Part shown: positions 1 to 9,361 of the stretch, in pieces
How the letters are laid out: every line of letters starts with the position of its first letter
How positions within the stretch are numbered: the first letter of the stretch is position 1
Source: Patescibacteria group bacterium
Lineage (GTDB): Bacteria; Patescibacteriota; Patescibacteriia; UBA2591; CALHIP01
Length of the DNA: 64,000 nucleotides
NCBI GenBank assembly: GCA_026417895.1
Contig: JAOACJ010000016.1
Location: 20,015-84,014, forward strand
Reading direction: 5' to 3'
The notes under the pieces: model-generated
Databases searched by the model: none
The model's input: only the letters and a program-made list of their open reading frames with translations
What the model was told of the DNA's origin: nothing
Translations under genes and position numbers: made by a program

Positions 1-941
1 GCTTGATTTGCCTCAACTACCTTAATCGAAGTAGAAGCAGTAACCGTTTCATATGTTTTCTTAGAATAAATATAAACCTCAACCTTATACTCGCCAAGAA
101 AATAAAATGGATCGTTATTGTTTTTTGTTTTTATAAATTTTTCAGTACTAAGTTTAATACATCTCATACTGGTGGCGGTAGCGTCAGGCGGAGTAGGAGA
201 TCCTGACGATTCTTGAATAGGTTTACAATCAGCATTTTCATCTGTTGAAACTGTAAAATTAGAAGACCATGCTGTATTAGGTAAAGGAGGGGTAATTTTA
301 ACCCACTGGTTACCGTCAACGTTGGGATCAGCATCTCCTAATACCCAACTTATTTCCTCTAAATGCACCCCTGCTTTTGGCACAATCTCCACAATTAAAG
401 AACCTTGACTATCATGACCTTGAATAAATATGTTTTGTTCTGAACCCCTCCCACCGAATACTTTCACGTTAACACCAAAACCTTTCATCTCGCTTCTGAT
501 AATCGTTGGTATTTTAAATGTACTCAAATTAACCAAGGCCGGATTAATTAAGTTTAGTAGAGAAATAGCTAAAAGGATTAAAACTAAACCAATTATGGCT
601 GACATCATCTGTTCGCGTGCTTTTTGAATGGCTGGAGGATTACCAGCCGCTAAAATCCATTGAATTCCAGAAATCATAATCATCACCACTGCCATAATGG
701 CAATGGCAATAACTGACCACTGATAAAAATTCCGAATATATTTGGCTAAAAGAGAAACCTTTTCCTCTTTTTCGCCTAAAGGATACTCTTTACCTGCCTT
801 AAACTCTGGTGGAATGCCAATTTGTGATCGAAATTTAACTGCTTGAGCAAGGACGGGTAAATTAGAAAATAGAAAATAGAAAGTAGAAAGTAGAAGAATA
901 ATCAGAAAAATGTTTTTTTTGTTTTGGAAAAAGTTTTTCAT
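1..941 (-). CDS. TrbC/VirB2-type (T4SS_pilin-like) pilin with long extracellular C-terminal extension; runs off the window edge
   Basis: Not in ORF track. Manual translation from ATG at 941: MKNFFQNKKNIFLIILLLSTFYFLFSNLPVLAQ (signal peptide)...AVVMIMISGIQWILAAGNPPAIQKAREQMMSAIIGLVLILLAISLLNLINP, the two-helix pilin signature; open to base 1. Confidence 0.8.
   Translation of the reverse strand, partial: MKNFFQNKKNIFLIILLLSTFYFLFSNLPVLAQAVKFRSQIGIPPEFKAGKEYPLGEKEEKVSLLAKYIRNFYQWSVIAIAIMAVVMIMISGIQWILAAGNPPAIQKAREQMMSAIIGLVLILLAISLLNLINPALVNLSTFKIPTIIRSEMKGFGVNVKVFGGRGSEQNIFIQGHDSQGSLIVEIVPKAGVHLEEISWVLGDADPNVDGNQWVKITPPLPNTAWSSNFTVSTDENADCKPIQESSGSPTPPDATATSMRCIKLSTEKFIKTKNNNDPFYFLGEYKVEVYIYSKKTYETVTASTSIKVVEANQ
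859..893 (-). repeat. Tandem heptamer array (CTAYTTT-type)x5 inside pilin signal peptide
   Basis: Coding strand CTACTTT CTACTTT CTATTTT CTATTTT CTAATTT. Confidence 0.85.
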
Positions 942-950
942 ATCTTGCGT

Positions 951-1472
951 CTATTCCGCCTCAAGACCAGGCAAACCTGCTCCCGCTTTAATATCTGCTT
1001 CAGTGCCTGGTCTAGGCGTTAATCTTGATTTTTCTCCAGCTATATCTTTAGCTGTTTTTTGTTGAGCAGCTGGTGGTTTCCAGCCACAAATAACTTCCAA
1101 ATCTTGACCTCCCTCATCATATTGTTTCTTAATTTCTTGAAAGGCGGATGGATCTTGCTCTTTCAATTGAGCAAGTTCAGGGCAAACTTCTTCGCCGCCG
1201 CCCGAAAGAATTATTAAGATAGCGACGCTGATTAAAATACCTAAGACAATCGGTCCCCAAATAGGAAAGGTTTTAATCAAAACTGCCCCGACAGCTTTAC
1301 CAACGACTAAAAAAACCTTTTTCGCCGCCGTGACAGCGGCTTTTTTCACTGCTTTTTTAGCTGGCTCAACAACAGCCTTTTTCAAGGCTTCTTTGGCTTT
1401 TTCTTCAGCTAACTCTCTTGCCAAATCTTTTTCCTCTTCTTGTTCTTCTTGTTGTTCTTCTCCGCTAGGCAT
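951..1472 (-). CDS. Hypothetical membrane protein (acidic and Ala/Lys-rich N-terminus, TM segment)
   Basis: ORF 951-1499; likely start ATG 1472 (MPSGEEQQ); hydrophobic stretch IWGPIVLGILISVAILIIL; lies within the T4SS-like operon. Confidence 0.65.
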   Translation of the reverse strand: MPSGEEQQEEQEEEKDLARELAEEKAKEALKKAVVEPAKKAVKKAAVTAAKKVFLVVGKAVGAVLIKTFPIWGPIVLGILISVAILIILSGGGEEVCPELAQLKEQDPSAFQEIKKQYDEGGQDLEVICGWKPPAAQQKTAKDIAGEKSRLTPRPGTEADIKAGAGLPGLEAE

Positions 1473-1483
1473 AAAAATAATTG

Positions 1484-1590
1484 AAAAATTAAATCTCAAA
1501 GGGCAAAAAGAGAATGTTGGGCGTAAGGTTAAATTTAATTTTGAATTTTGGATTAGATTTTGAGGTCTTCATTTTGGATTTTAAATTTTA
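1484..1590. repeat. Intergenic heptamer-periodic inverted-repeat element (copy A)
   Basis: Begins AAAAATTAAATCTCAAA, identical to 4946-4962; also shares TTAATTTTGAA and a terminal TTGGATTT(T/G)AAATTTT with copy B. Confidence 0.7.
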
Positions 1591-1591
1591 G

Positions 1592-2161
1592 CTACTGCCA
1601 AACAACTCTGTCGACTTTCCACTCTTCTCCTTCTTTAATTATTTTTAATTCTAGGGTCTGATAAAAGACCCTGGCTGGCTGGTTGTCTTTGACTTCTTCT
1701 CTCTGTGTCGAAATGAGATATTCGGCTTGATTTTCAGAAAAACTTTTTTCCTCAACATTTAAAACTTTTGTTGTAATTCCATAAAACTCTTTAATTGTTT
1801 CTCTCTCTTTCTGACGAATGTAATTTTCTGTTTCTTGCCAGAGACGCACTGACATTTCATTTTTTAAATCTTTTAAGTTTTGGAAATTGACATCGGTAGA
1901 AAAAGAACCATATCTTTCAACAAAATTCCGCGCCTTCAATTTTAGTTCATTTTTCAATAAAGTTAATTTTTCCTCTTCGGTTAATTCTCTGGACGGTGTA
2001 ATTTCTTGATTAAGTATTAATTCTTGATTCGTGACAGGAGGCGCTTGATTAAAAGCTGGTTGTTGAATGTTTGTCGCTGGACTTTGACGCTGACTCGAAA
2101 GAAAAAACAAGATTCCACCCAGAGCAATCAAGATAACGATAATGATAATAACTTTCTTCAT
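1592..2161 (-). CDS. Membrane-anchored NTF2-like protein, putative VirB8/TcpC-like T4SS component
   Basis: N-terminal TM anchor; ARNFVERYGSF...ELKIIKEGEEWKVD pattern typical of NTF2-fold proteins; directly downstream of virB4. Confidence 0.55.
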   Translation of the reverse strand: MKKVIIIIVILIALGGILFFLSSQRQSPATNIQQPAFNQAPPVTNQELILNQEITPSRELTEEEKLTLLKNELKLKARNFVERYGSFSTDVNFQNLKDLKNEMSVRLWQETENYIRQKERETIKEFYGITTKVLNVEEKSFSENQAEYLISTQREEVKDNQPARVFYQTLELKIIKEGEEWKVDRVVWQ

Positions 2162-2167
2162 AATATT

Positions 2168-2334
2168 TTAAAGATTTCAGGTTTAAGATTAAACTGAAAA
2201 TTTTGTATTTACTCAAGAAATATTTTTTAATTTTGCTTCTGTTAAATACTTTTTGGCATGAGCTATTTTAAAATGATATACCTTTTCTCTAATTTCCCTT
2301 TGTACCCTTTTAATCTGCAACCTTCAATCTTTAA
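2168..2334. repeat. Element with 26-bp imperfect terminal inverted repeats built from heptamers
   Basis: Left 2168-2193 TTAAAGATTTCAGGTTTAAGATTAAA vs reverse complement of 2309-2334 TTAAAGATTGAAGGTTGCAGATTAAA (22/26). Confidence 0.75.
2213..2320 (-). pseudogene. Possible remnant of a four-helix-bundle (23S rRNA IVP-like) gene
   Basis: 35 codons LQIKRVQREIREKVYHFKIAHAKKYLTEAKLKNIS*; E-x2-YH-x2-IA-x4-YL resembles the helix 3-4 region of that family (by eye). Confidence 0.35.
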
Positions 2335-2335
2335 C

Positions 2336-4249
2336 TTAAGGCTCTGTCTCTAAACCTTCCGCATATTCTCTTTTTGCTTGCTCAATTTCTAAAAGTTGAC
2401 GTGGGTCAGAAGTAATAAGCTGGTCTTCAGTATAAGAAGCAACAACCTGCATAGCCGCATGTCTAGCCCCGGCAAAGAAAATTCCCTCACCCACTCCACA
2501 TTCTAAAAGTAAATATTTTTCTCCCTCTGTTAACATAAAAGTTTTTGCAACAATATCAATAGCCGCCGGTGTTTGTTTGAAAAGAATTCTTAAGGCTGAA
2601 TTGGTGACAATGGCTCGGCCGTAGTCAGAAACAAGAAAATCATTAACATCTTGCGTAATAGTCGTCACTCCTAGATAATATTTTCGACATCTTTTGACTA
2701 AAGAAAAGATAAAGCGGGCCGAATCTTCATGTTGCATTAACCACCAAGCCTCATCAATAACCAAAATCCTTTTTTTTAGTTCTGAGCGGACAACGTTCCA
2801 AATATAATTAACAATGGTATAAATAGCCATTGGCCTTAATTCGTCTTCCAAATCACGAACAGAGAAAACGACCAATTGATTATCAAGCTCAACATTGGTT
2901 TGATGATTCAAAAGGCCAGCAAAGGTGCCCTCGGTATATTTTTTTAATCGTTGTGCTAGATTTTCGCCACCAGCCATTCCTTCCAAAATCTCTTGAAGGT
3001 CAGAAAGGGTTGGCATTTCCACTTTATTTAAATCGCAGCCCGGAACAATATCTTTTTTGGCATAAGTCTCTAATAAAGCCCGGTCAAGTAAAGAATCTTC
3101 CTCAGGGGTGAAAATTTTTTGTCCCTTCTCTCCGGGTACGCCGATCATAATTTTCAATAAACCTTTTAAAACAACAACGGCCGAGCGAATAATATCAGCG
3201 ACTTTTAACTCTACACCTCTTTTTGGTCGAGGTAAATCAAAGGGATTAATTTTGCTCTCTGAAGCCAAGGAAACATCAATGTAGGTACCACCTACCGCTT
3301 CAGATAGATGTTTATATTCTCTTTCCGGATCAATAATAATAACATCAATACCCATCATCATTGAACGCAAAACCTCTAATTTAACACAATAACTTTTCCC
3401 TGCCCCTGAAGTGGCAAAAATGACTGAATTATAATTTTCTAAGGAAAAACGATCAAAAAGAATTAAACTATTATTATGACGATTAATGCCGTAAAGAATA
3501 CCACGATCAGAGGTAACATCAGCGGAAATAAAAGGAAAAGAAGAGGCACAGGGCGAAGAGTGCATATTAAAAGCAATCATTAACTCGTCATTACCTAATG
3601 GGAGGGTCGAGTTGAATCCTTGTTCGGCTTGGTAAAAAACTCTTTTACTATAAACCAGTTTTGAACCGAAAATGCCCTCGATTTTTTCCGTTAGTAAATC
3701 CAAGTCCTTTAAAGAATCGGCATAAAGAGTGACGTATAAAGCAAATTGAAAGAAATGTTCCACTCCTTGAGTTAAATCGTCTCGCAATTTCTCAATATCC
3801 CTTAGAGCTGTTTCTTTAATCGGATCGCGCGGTAAGCCTTTTTCTCTTTCCATTTCAATTTCAGCATAGAGAATGCCGACTCTTTTTTGTAATTGTTTTA
3901 AAATAATCGAGGCGTGTACCGGGTAAAAAAACATAGCAATATCCATCGGCGCGTTAAAATTGATAATTGGAGCAAACCAACCAATGGCAATATATCGGGG
4001 ATAGGCAGTGACAAAAAGGGTGCGAACATATTTGTTACCTAAAATCAAATGATCAGGGGTCACTTGCATAGCCGCCGGAGCGATTAAATCGCGAACAGAA
4101 ACTAGGCCCTCCTGTAAAGCCCTTTCCATTTCAATCATTTCCTTGTCCTTCATTTCTTCTTCCGTTTCTTTTCTTTTTTTCTCTTCCGGCGAAAGTCTTT
4201 CTTTTTTTAGTATTTCTGCTTTTTCAATTTTCGATGGCTCAAAGATCAT
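2336..4249 (-). CDS. virB4: VirB4-family T4SS ATPase
   Basis: Walker A ATSGAGKS, IIIDPEREY, INPFD, Walker B LVIDEAW, RKY...ITQ motifs. Confidence 0.9.
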   Translation of the reverse strand: MIFEPSKIEKAEILKKERLSPEEKKRKETEEEMKDKEMIEMERALQEGLVSVRDLIAPAAMQVTPDHLILGNKYVRTLFVTAYPRYIAIGWFAPIINFNAPMDIAMFFYPVHASIILKQLQKRVGILYAEIEMEREKGLPRDPIKETALRDIEKLRDDLTQGVEHFFQFALYVTLYADSLKDLDLLTEKIEGIFGSKLVYSKRVFYQAEQGFNSTLPLGNDELMIAFNMHSSPCASSFPFISADVTSDRGILYGINRHNNSLILFDRFSLENYNSVIFATSGAGKSYCVKLEVLRSMMMGIDVIIIDPEREYKHLSEAVGGTYIDVSLASESKINPFDLPRPKRGVELKVADIIRSAVVVLKGLLKIMIGVPGEKGQKIFTPEEDSLLDRALLETYAKKDIVPGCDLNKVEMPTLSDLQEILEGMAGGENLAQRLKKYTEGTFAGLLNHQTNVELDNQLVVFSVRDLEDELRPMAIYTIVNYIWNVVRSELKKRILVIDEAWWLMQHEDSARFIFSLVKRCRKYYLGVTTITQDVNDFLVSDYGRAIVTNSALRILFKQTPAAIDIVAKTFMLTEGEKYLLLECGVGEGIFFAGARHAAMQVVASYTEDQLITSDPRQLLEIEQAKREYAEGLETEP

Positions 4250-4254
4250 AAATT

Positions 4255-4932
4255 TTATAGCTCAACTTTTAATTCTTCAATTTTACTCATTTTTTGATTA
4301 ATTGACTCGGTTGGATTATAGATATTATAAAACAATTCAATTAAACTTTGTGTGTCTAAAGGCACGGCATTAATACCCATGCTCGAAAGACCGGAAATAA
4401 CAAAATCAACCTTTTTAAAAAGCTCAGCTCGATATCTCTCAAATTTCTCTCTTTTCATTCTAATCAAAGAGGGCATTCTAAAAACATCCATCAAACGATC
4501 AGTAAATTTTCTTGATTTGTCGCCGGCCGGATTATAAGCAACGACGATAAAAAATTTCCTCGTCATAATGTCGCCCAACTGAACCAGCTCTTGGACATAA
4601 CTAATGTAATCTCTCATTTGGATTTTTAGTAATTCATTGGTTTGTTCCTTTTCTCTTTGTTTTAATTCTTCAAGATATGGTGCGATATTTAGTTTTCTTG
4701 ATTGAACAACAATTTGAATTGGCCAATCCAAAGAATTTAGAAAATTAACATAAGCAGAAATAACGGCTTTTTGCTCCTCTTCGGATTTAAGAGCAAAATT
4801 AACCGAGGAACAAAGTAAGACCGCTCTTAAAGTACCGTCTCGTAAAATAACGCAATCGTTTCTAATGCCAGAAATATCTAAATATTTCTGAGTTGAAACA
4901 GTGATTTTTTGTCTGGCTATTTTAGATCTCAT
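4255..4932 (-). CDS. VirB4/TraC N-terminal-like T4SS-associated protein
   Basis: SVNFALKSEEEQKAVISAYVNFLNSLDWPIQIVVQSRK motif; lies between prgI and virB4. Confidence 0.7.
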   Translation of the reverse strand: MRSKIARQKITVSTQKYLDISGIRNDCVILRDGTLRAVLLCSSVNFALKSEEEQKAVISAYVNFLNSLDWPIQIVVQSRKLNIAPYLEELKQREKEQTNELLKIQMRDYISYVQELVQLGDIMTRKFFIVVAYNPAGDKSRKFTDRLMDVFRMPSLIRMKREKFERYRAELFKKVDFVISGLSSMGINAVPLDTQSLIELFYNIYNPTESINQKMSKIEELKVEL

Positions 4933-4945
4933 AGATCTTTAATAC

Positions 4946-5056
4946 AAAAATTAAATCTCAAAAGTCAAAATGTAATTTAAAATGTAAAATTATTTTTTTG
5001 ATTAATTTTGAACTTTTGGTTGTCATTTTATATTTTAAGGTTGGATTTGAAATTTT
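4946..5056. repeat. Intergenic heptamer-periodic element (copy B)
   Basis: 17-bp identity to 1484-1500; A-rich left arm and T-rich right arm with 7-bp periodicity. Confidence 0.7.
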
Positions 5057-5068
5057 CAAAATATAAAT

Positions 5069-5485
5069 TTACTCTTCCCTGGCTAAGCCACCGGTATCAA
5101 CTAAAATTGATAGATCAGAAAGCCGACCCCGCGGTAAAGTTTTCTTAATTTCTGGCGGCGCTTCTTCTTTTTCTTTTTTAAGAACGATTTCTTTTTCGGG
5201 AATGATCTCTTTTCTCCAAACCCGAACTTTTGGCCTTTGAAAAAATTGTATAAGATTTAATAAAAAATAGTGAAAGGGGCGACCATTAATTTTGACAAAA
5301 GTAAAAGAACCAAAAAATGGACAAATAACAAAAAGAAAAACAACGACAAAAATCCAAAAATCTAAGAGCTTAAAACAAAGAAAGGTTATACCTCCAGCAA
5401 AAATCAAAAGAATAAACTGACGTGGCGTGATCGGTCCAATAATTTTTGGCTCAATATCAATAAATTGTGGAACAACAAACTGCAT
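5069..5485 (-). CDS. prgI: PrgI-family (VirB3-like) membrane protein
   Basis: MQFVVPQFIDIEPKIIGPITPRQF, two TM helices, KINGRPF; probable start ATG 5485. Confidence 0.85.
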   Translation of the reverse strand: MQFVVPQFIDIEPKIIGPITPRQFILLIFAGGITFLCFKLLDFWIFVVVFLFVICPFFGSFTFVKINGRPFHYFLLNLIQFFQRPKVRVWRKEIIPEKEIVLKKEKEEAPPEIKKTLPRGRLSDLSILVDTGGLAREE

Positions 5486-5500
5486 ATTCGCTTTGCTCAA

Positions 5501-5628
5501 ATTAAAGGTTAAAAATGAAAAACTAAAAACGACAACTAAAAAGTGAAAATTATCCTTTACCCTTACGATAAACTCTTCTTTTAAGTTCAGTTTTAAATTT
5601 TTTCTTGTCGTTTTTCATTTTTAGTTTT
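5501..5628. repeat. Intergenic heptamer-periodic inverted-repeat element (copy C)
   Basis: Left arm AAAATGAAAAACTAAAAACGACAAC is matched by the reverse complement of right arm CTTGTCGTTTTTCATTTTTAGTTTT. Confidence 0.7.
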
Positions 5629-6865
5629 ATTGCCAACTCTTTAAATATCTCTCTTGTTCTTTTGTTAATTGATCAATCGTCACCCCTAAACTTTTAAGTT
5701 TTAGTTTGGCAATTTTTTGATCTAACTCTTCTGGTAGAGAATAAAGTTTTCTTTCTAAACTTTTAGCATTTTTGACTAAAAATTCTTGCGCCAAGGCCTG
5801 GCCAGCAAAACTTAAATCCATAACTTCGGCTGGGTGACCTTCAGCGGCAACTAAATTTAAAAGTCTGCCTTGAGCTAAAAGGTAAATTTTCTTCTTATTT
5901 GTCAAAGTATATTCTTCAATGAAGGGTCTAATTTCTTTTTTTGTTTGAGTAATTTTTTCTAAATCTTTTAAATTAATTTCGACGTTAAAATGGCCAGCGT
6001 TGGCTAAAATAACTCCATCTTTCATTTTAAAAAAATGTTCTTTTCGAATGACATTAAGGTTGCCGGTTACGGTCAAAAAAATATCACCAATTTCTGCCGC
6101 TTGATTTAAACTCAAAACTTCAAAACCATCCATTTTAGCCTCTAAAGCTTTTAAAGGATTAACTTCACAGACAATGACTTCAGCACCTAGACCTTTAGCT
6201 CTTTGACTTAATCCTTTGCCACACCAGCCATAGCCGCAAACGACAACTTTTTTTCCAGCTAAAAGAAGATTGGTTGCCCGCAAAAGTCCATCAATTGTTG
6301 ACTGACCCGTCCCATAACGATTGTCAAAGAGATACTTCGTTTGCGCTTGATTGACGGCAATAACTGGGAAAGAAAGTTTTTTTTCTTTAGCCAAATTTTT
6401 AATTCTTATCACACCAGTGGTTGTCTCTTCAGAAGCGCCAATTATACCTTTAATTTTTTTCTTAATGGCGGTAGTAATCAAATCCGCCCCATCGTCAATT
6501 AATAAATTTGGTTTAAAAGATAAAACTTGATTGATAAAATTAAAATAATTTTTTTTATCTTCGCCAAAAAAAGCAAAAACTGGTATTTTAAAATATTTAA
6601 CTAAAGCGGCAGCCACTTCATCTTTGGTTGATAGAGGATTAGAGGCGCAAAGAAAAATTTGAGCCCCAGCGGCTTTTAAGACCCGAATTAAATTAGCTGT
6701 TTCACTAGTAACATGGAGACAGGCGCCAATTTTATAATTTTTCAATGGCCTTCTCTGGGTTAAATCTTTAACTAAAATTCGTAAAACCGGCATCCGTTGA
6801 AAAGCCCAATCAATCAGTTTTAAACCAAAAGAAGCTAGCTTTAAATTTTTGATTTTATAAGTCAT
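5627..6865 (-). CDS. ahcY: Adenosylhomocysteinase (SAH hydrolase)
   Basis: GACLHVT, SNPLST, DDGAD, EETTTG, KYLFDNRYGTGQS, GYGWCGKG, GHF, GRLLNL, GHP motifs. Confidence 0.97.
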   Translation of the reverse strand: MTYKIKNLKLASFGLKLIDWAFQRMPVLRILVKDLTQRRPLKNYKIGACLHVTSETANLIRVLKAAGAQIFLCASNPLSTKDEVAAALVKYFKIPVFAFFGEDKKNYFNFINQVLSFKPNLLIDDGADLITTAIKKKIKGIIGASEETTTGVIRIKNLAKEKKLSFPVIAVNQAQTKYLFDNRYGTGQSTIDGLLRATNLLLAGKKVVVCGYGWCGKGLSQRAKGLGAEVIVCEVNPLKALEAKMDGFEVLSLNQAAEIGDIFLTVTGNLNVIRKEHFFKMKDGVILANAGHFNVEINLKDLEKITQTKKEIRPFIEEYTLTNKKKIYLLAQGRLLNLVAAEGHPAEVMDLSFAGQALAQEFLVKNAKSLERKLYSLPEELDQKIAKLKLKSLGVTIDQLTKEQERYLKSWQ

Positions 6866-6928
6866 GGAAAGTTTTTTAATTTTTTCTTAATTTTAAAAAT
6901 TACAAAAGCAAAAAATTATAAATTCTGG

Positions 6929-8335
6929 CTAAAATCTCAATTTCCTATTTAATTCGGCAATCCTTTCAAAATCTGCTAAACTCATTGTCTCTCTCCCTTG
7001 AGCAAGTCTTTCTTCAATCACTTCTTCTACTGACTTTTTCTTTGATAAGGCTTCTTCGCCAATTTCTAAATATAAATGATAAAGGGGGCTTTTTTGCCAT
7101 GCCTGAATTGCTTCGGCTTTTTTGGTTAAAGATTCTTCGGCTAATAAATTAATTTTATTAAGAATAATCTGGCAAGTCTGCTGACCGCCCCATCTTTTTA
7201 AATCCATTAAAGTCATTTCTTTTATCTCTTCAACTGGTCCTAAGGCTTTCGGATAACTGCTTACGTCTTCTACTATCTTTTCTTCGCTCAGCGGTCGCTT
7301 AATTTGAATAGGCACTTCTTCGACGGTTTCAGTTAAAGGCATTTCTTCAAACTTTTCTTTTTTTATTTCTGACTCCTCTCTTGTGGCAACAGGTTGGATT
7401 GGTGTTTCTAATTCTGGAAAACTCGGGACAATCGTGCCGCCATTAAATTTCTGTTTCAATTTTTCGTCAATTTTTGTTTCTTGATCTGGCTCTGGCGTGT
7501 CCATTAATTTAGCAATAGATGGAGGAATCAGTTCTTTCACTTTCTCACTTTCTGGTTTTGGTTCTTCAAGAGGTATTTCTTCAACGATTGACCCCTTAAT
7601 AATTTCTGCTGGCGTTAGAAATCCTTCTGCCAGACCTGGCTTCTTTTCCATAGTTTGAGCAAGAGAAGTTGCTTCTCTTGGCCCATAAAATTTAACTTTA
7701 AACTCTTTTAGTAGGTTCATTATTTCCTTGGCTTTTTCTGGAACTAAACCTAAGCCACCAATTTTTTCTGGCCGAGTTAAAATTTCTTCGGTCTCAAAAT
7801 CTTTTCTTATTTCTTTTAAAAAATTAAGACAAATATTGGTAAATCTTTTCTCTAAAATTTCCTCCATAAAACTCAAGCCGGTTTTTTCTTTGACTTCTTT
7901 AATTATCTCGTCGGGGTTTAACCCATAGCCCTTAATCTCTAGTTCCGGCTTTGGCACTGTTTTGACCTCTTCAACCGCCTTGGCCAATTCTAGCTCATCT
8001 TTGCCAATTTCCATTTCCTCTTCTCTTTCTGGTTGCTTTTCACTTTTTACTTCTGATTCTTTAGTTAGATAGTCTATTACTTCATTGAAAATTTTTTCCG
8101 CTAAATCTTTTTTTAATTCAGCTGCTTTTTCCGGGCTTAGACCAAAATTTTCTTGACAAAATTTTTCACTCTCTGACCAGGCAATATCTTTAATCATCAA
8201 TCTCACAACCAACTTGGCTAATGGCAAATTGTATTTTTTCTCAATTTCCTCTAATAATTTAACCTTTTCTTCAGAAGAAACCGCTTCTTGAAGTTCGTAA
8301 GGTAATTTTTTAAATTGTTCTAAATAATTATCCAT
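6929..8335 (-). CDS. Hypothetical acidic protein (Glu/Pro-rich linker)
   Basis: Long ORF; probable start ATG 8335 (MDNYLEQ); no recognisable catalytic motif. Confidence 0.75.
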   Translation of the reverse strand: MDNYLEQFKKLPYELQEAVSSEEKVKLLEEIEKKYNLPLAKLVVRLMIKDIAWSESEKFCQENFGLSPEKAAELKKDLAEKIFNEVIDYLTKESEVKSEKQPEREEEMEIGKDELELAKAVEEVKTVPKPELEIKGYGLNPDEIIKEVKEKTGLSFMEEILEKRFTNICLNFLKEIRKDFETEEILTRPEKIGGLGLVPEKAKEIMNLLKEFKVKFYGPREATSLAQTMEKKPGLAEGFLTPAEIIKGSIVEEIPLEEPKPESEKVKELIPPSIAKLMDTPEPDQETKIDEKLKQKFNGGTIVPSFPELETPIQPVATREESEIKKEKFEEMPLTETVEEVPIQIKRPLSEEKIVEDVSSYPKALGPVEEIKEMTLMDLKRWGGQQTCQIILNKINLLAEESLTKKAEAIQAWQKSPLYHLYLEIGEEALSKKKSVEEVIEERLAQGRETMSLADFERIAELNRKLRF

Positions 8336-8416
8336 TTTAAAACTGACCCAATTATTCCAGTCAACATCCAATTATTAAATCCCAAAACTCAGGCATTGGT
8401 CATTGAAGGTTAAATT

Positions 8417-9328
8417 TTAAAGATTATTTGAAGTTTGTGATTTGGTGTTTGGATTCTGAGAAAATGTTTCACTTTTTTCCTCTTCAAGGTATTTTTTTTC
8501 GAGAGGGTTCGGTTTCATTGAACGTTCTTCGGGCCCTGTTCGATCTTCTTGTTCTGTCTCTTCATTTTTTTCAATTAAAGTGGGCTTGCTCCAAGGCGGA
8601 ACTTCTTCAATGGGCGGCAAAGAGACAATGGTCTCGCCTTGCGAAATAACAAATATTGTCTTTTCTGGCCAATAAACGATAAGGTCTTGAGAATAGGCAC
8701 TAGGAAAAAGAGAGCAGGTGTTAACATAATCATAAATTTTAATCAATTCTTCAATTTTCTCTTTTTCTTGAGGGGAAAGTGAATTGATGTTTGGACTATT
8801 AGTTAAATACTCTGTTCTAGCTAAAGCTCGGTCCGGTTTTTTTTCCAATCTTGTCTCGTAATCAATAAGCCAATTTTTAATAGTCGGGGGGAATGTTCCT
8901 CCTTTTTCTAAAACAATTGGCCGCTTAGTGATAACATTTTCATTTTCTTTCAAAGCCTTGCTTATCTCCATTCTTAAAAGTTCATGTTCGATAAAAGGAA
9001 GTTGGCTAAATTTATAACGAATCAGATCAAATGGTCGAAGGGAATCAAAGGGGAAATTAAGTAGAACCTTAAAATGTTCTTTAATCAGTCTTACTATTTC
9101 TTCTCTATTCAAAAAACCAATAGCGATAAATTCGAGTTGAGGAATAATTTCCTTATAAACTTCTCTTAAAGAAGGATCTTCAGCTGTCTTTTCTTTAATT
9201 TTTTGAGAAAGTAAAAAGGCATCCCTTGAATTGAAACGTCTGATCATTTCGTTAATCTCTTTTTTTAATTCTTCAATAAAAGAAGGGGTTTTCAATTGGA
9301 GAGAGGAAATTGTTGTTAAATCTAACAT
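8417..9328 (-). CDS. Hypothetical protein
   Basis: ~303-aa ORF, probable ATG 9328; contains PTIKNWLIDY; C-terminus SQNPNTKSQTSNNL is encoded by degenerate heptamers. Confidence 0.75.
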   Translation of the reverse strand: MLDLTTISSLQLKTPSFIEELKKEINEMIRRFNSRDAFLLSQKIKEKTAEDPSLREVYKEIIPQLEFIAIGFLNREEIVRLIKEHFKVLLNFPFDSLRPFDLIRYKFSQLPFIEHELLRMEISKALKENENVITKRPIVLEKGGTFPPTIKNWLIDYETRLEKKPDRALARTEYLTNSPNINSLSPQEKEKIEELIKIYDYVNTCSLFPSAYSQDLIVYWPEKTIFVISQGETIVSLPPIEEVPPWSKPTLIEKNEETEQEDRTGPEERSMKPNPLEKKYLEEEKSETFSQNPNTKSQTSNNL

Positions 9329-9361
9329 AGAAATAGACAAAATTTAATATTACACTCATCT

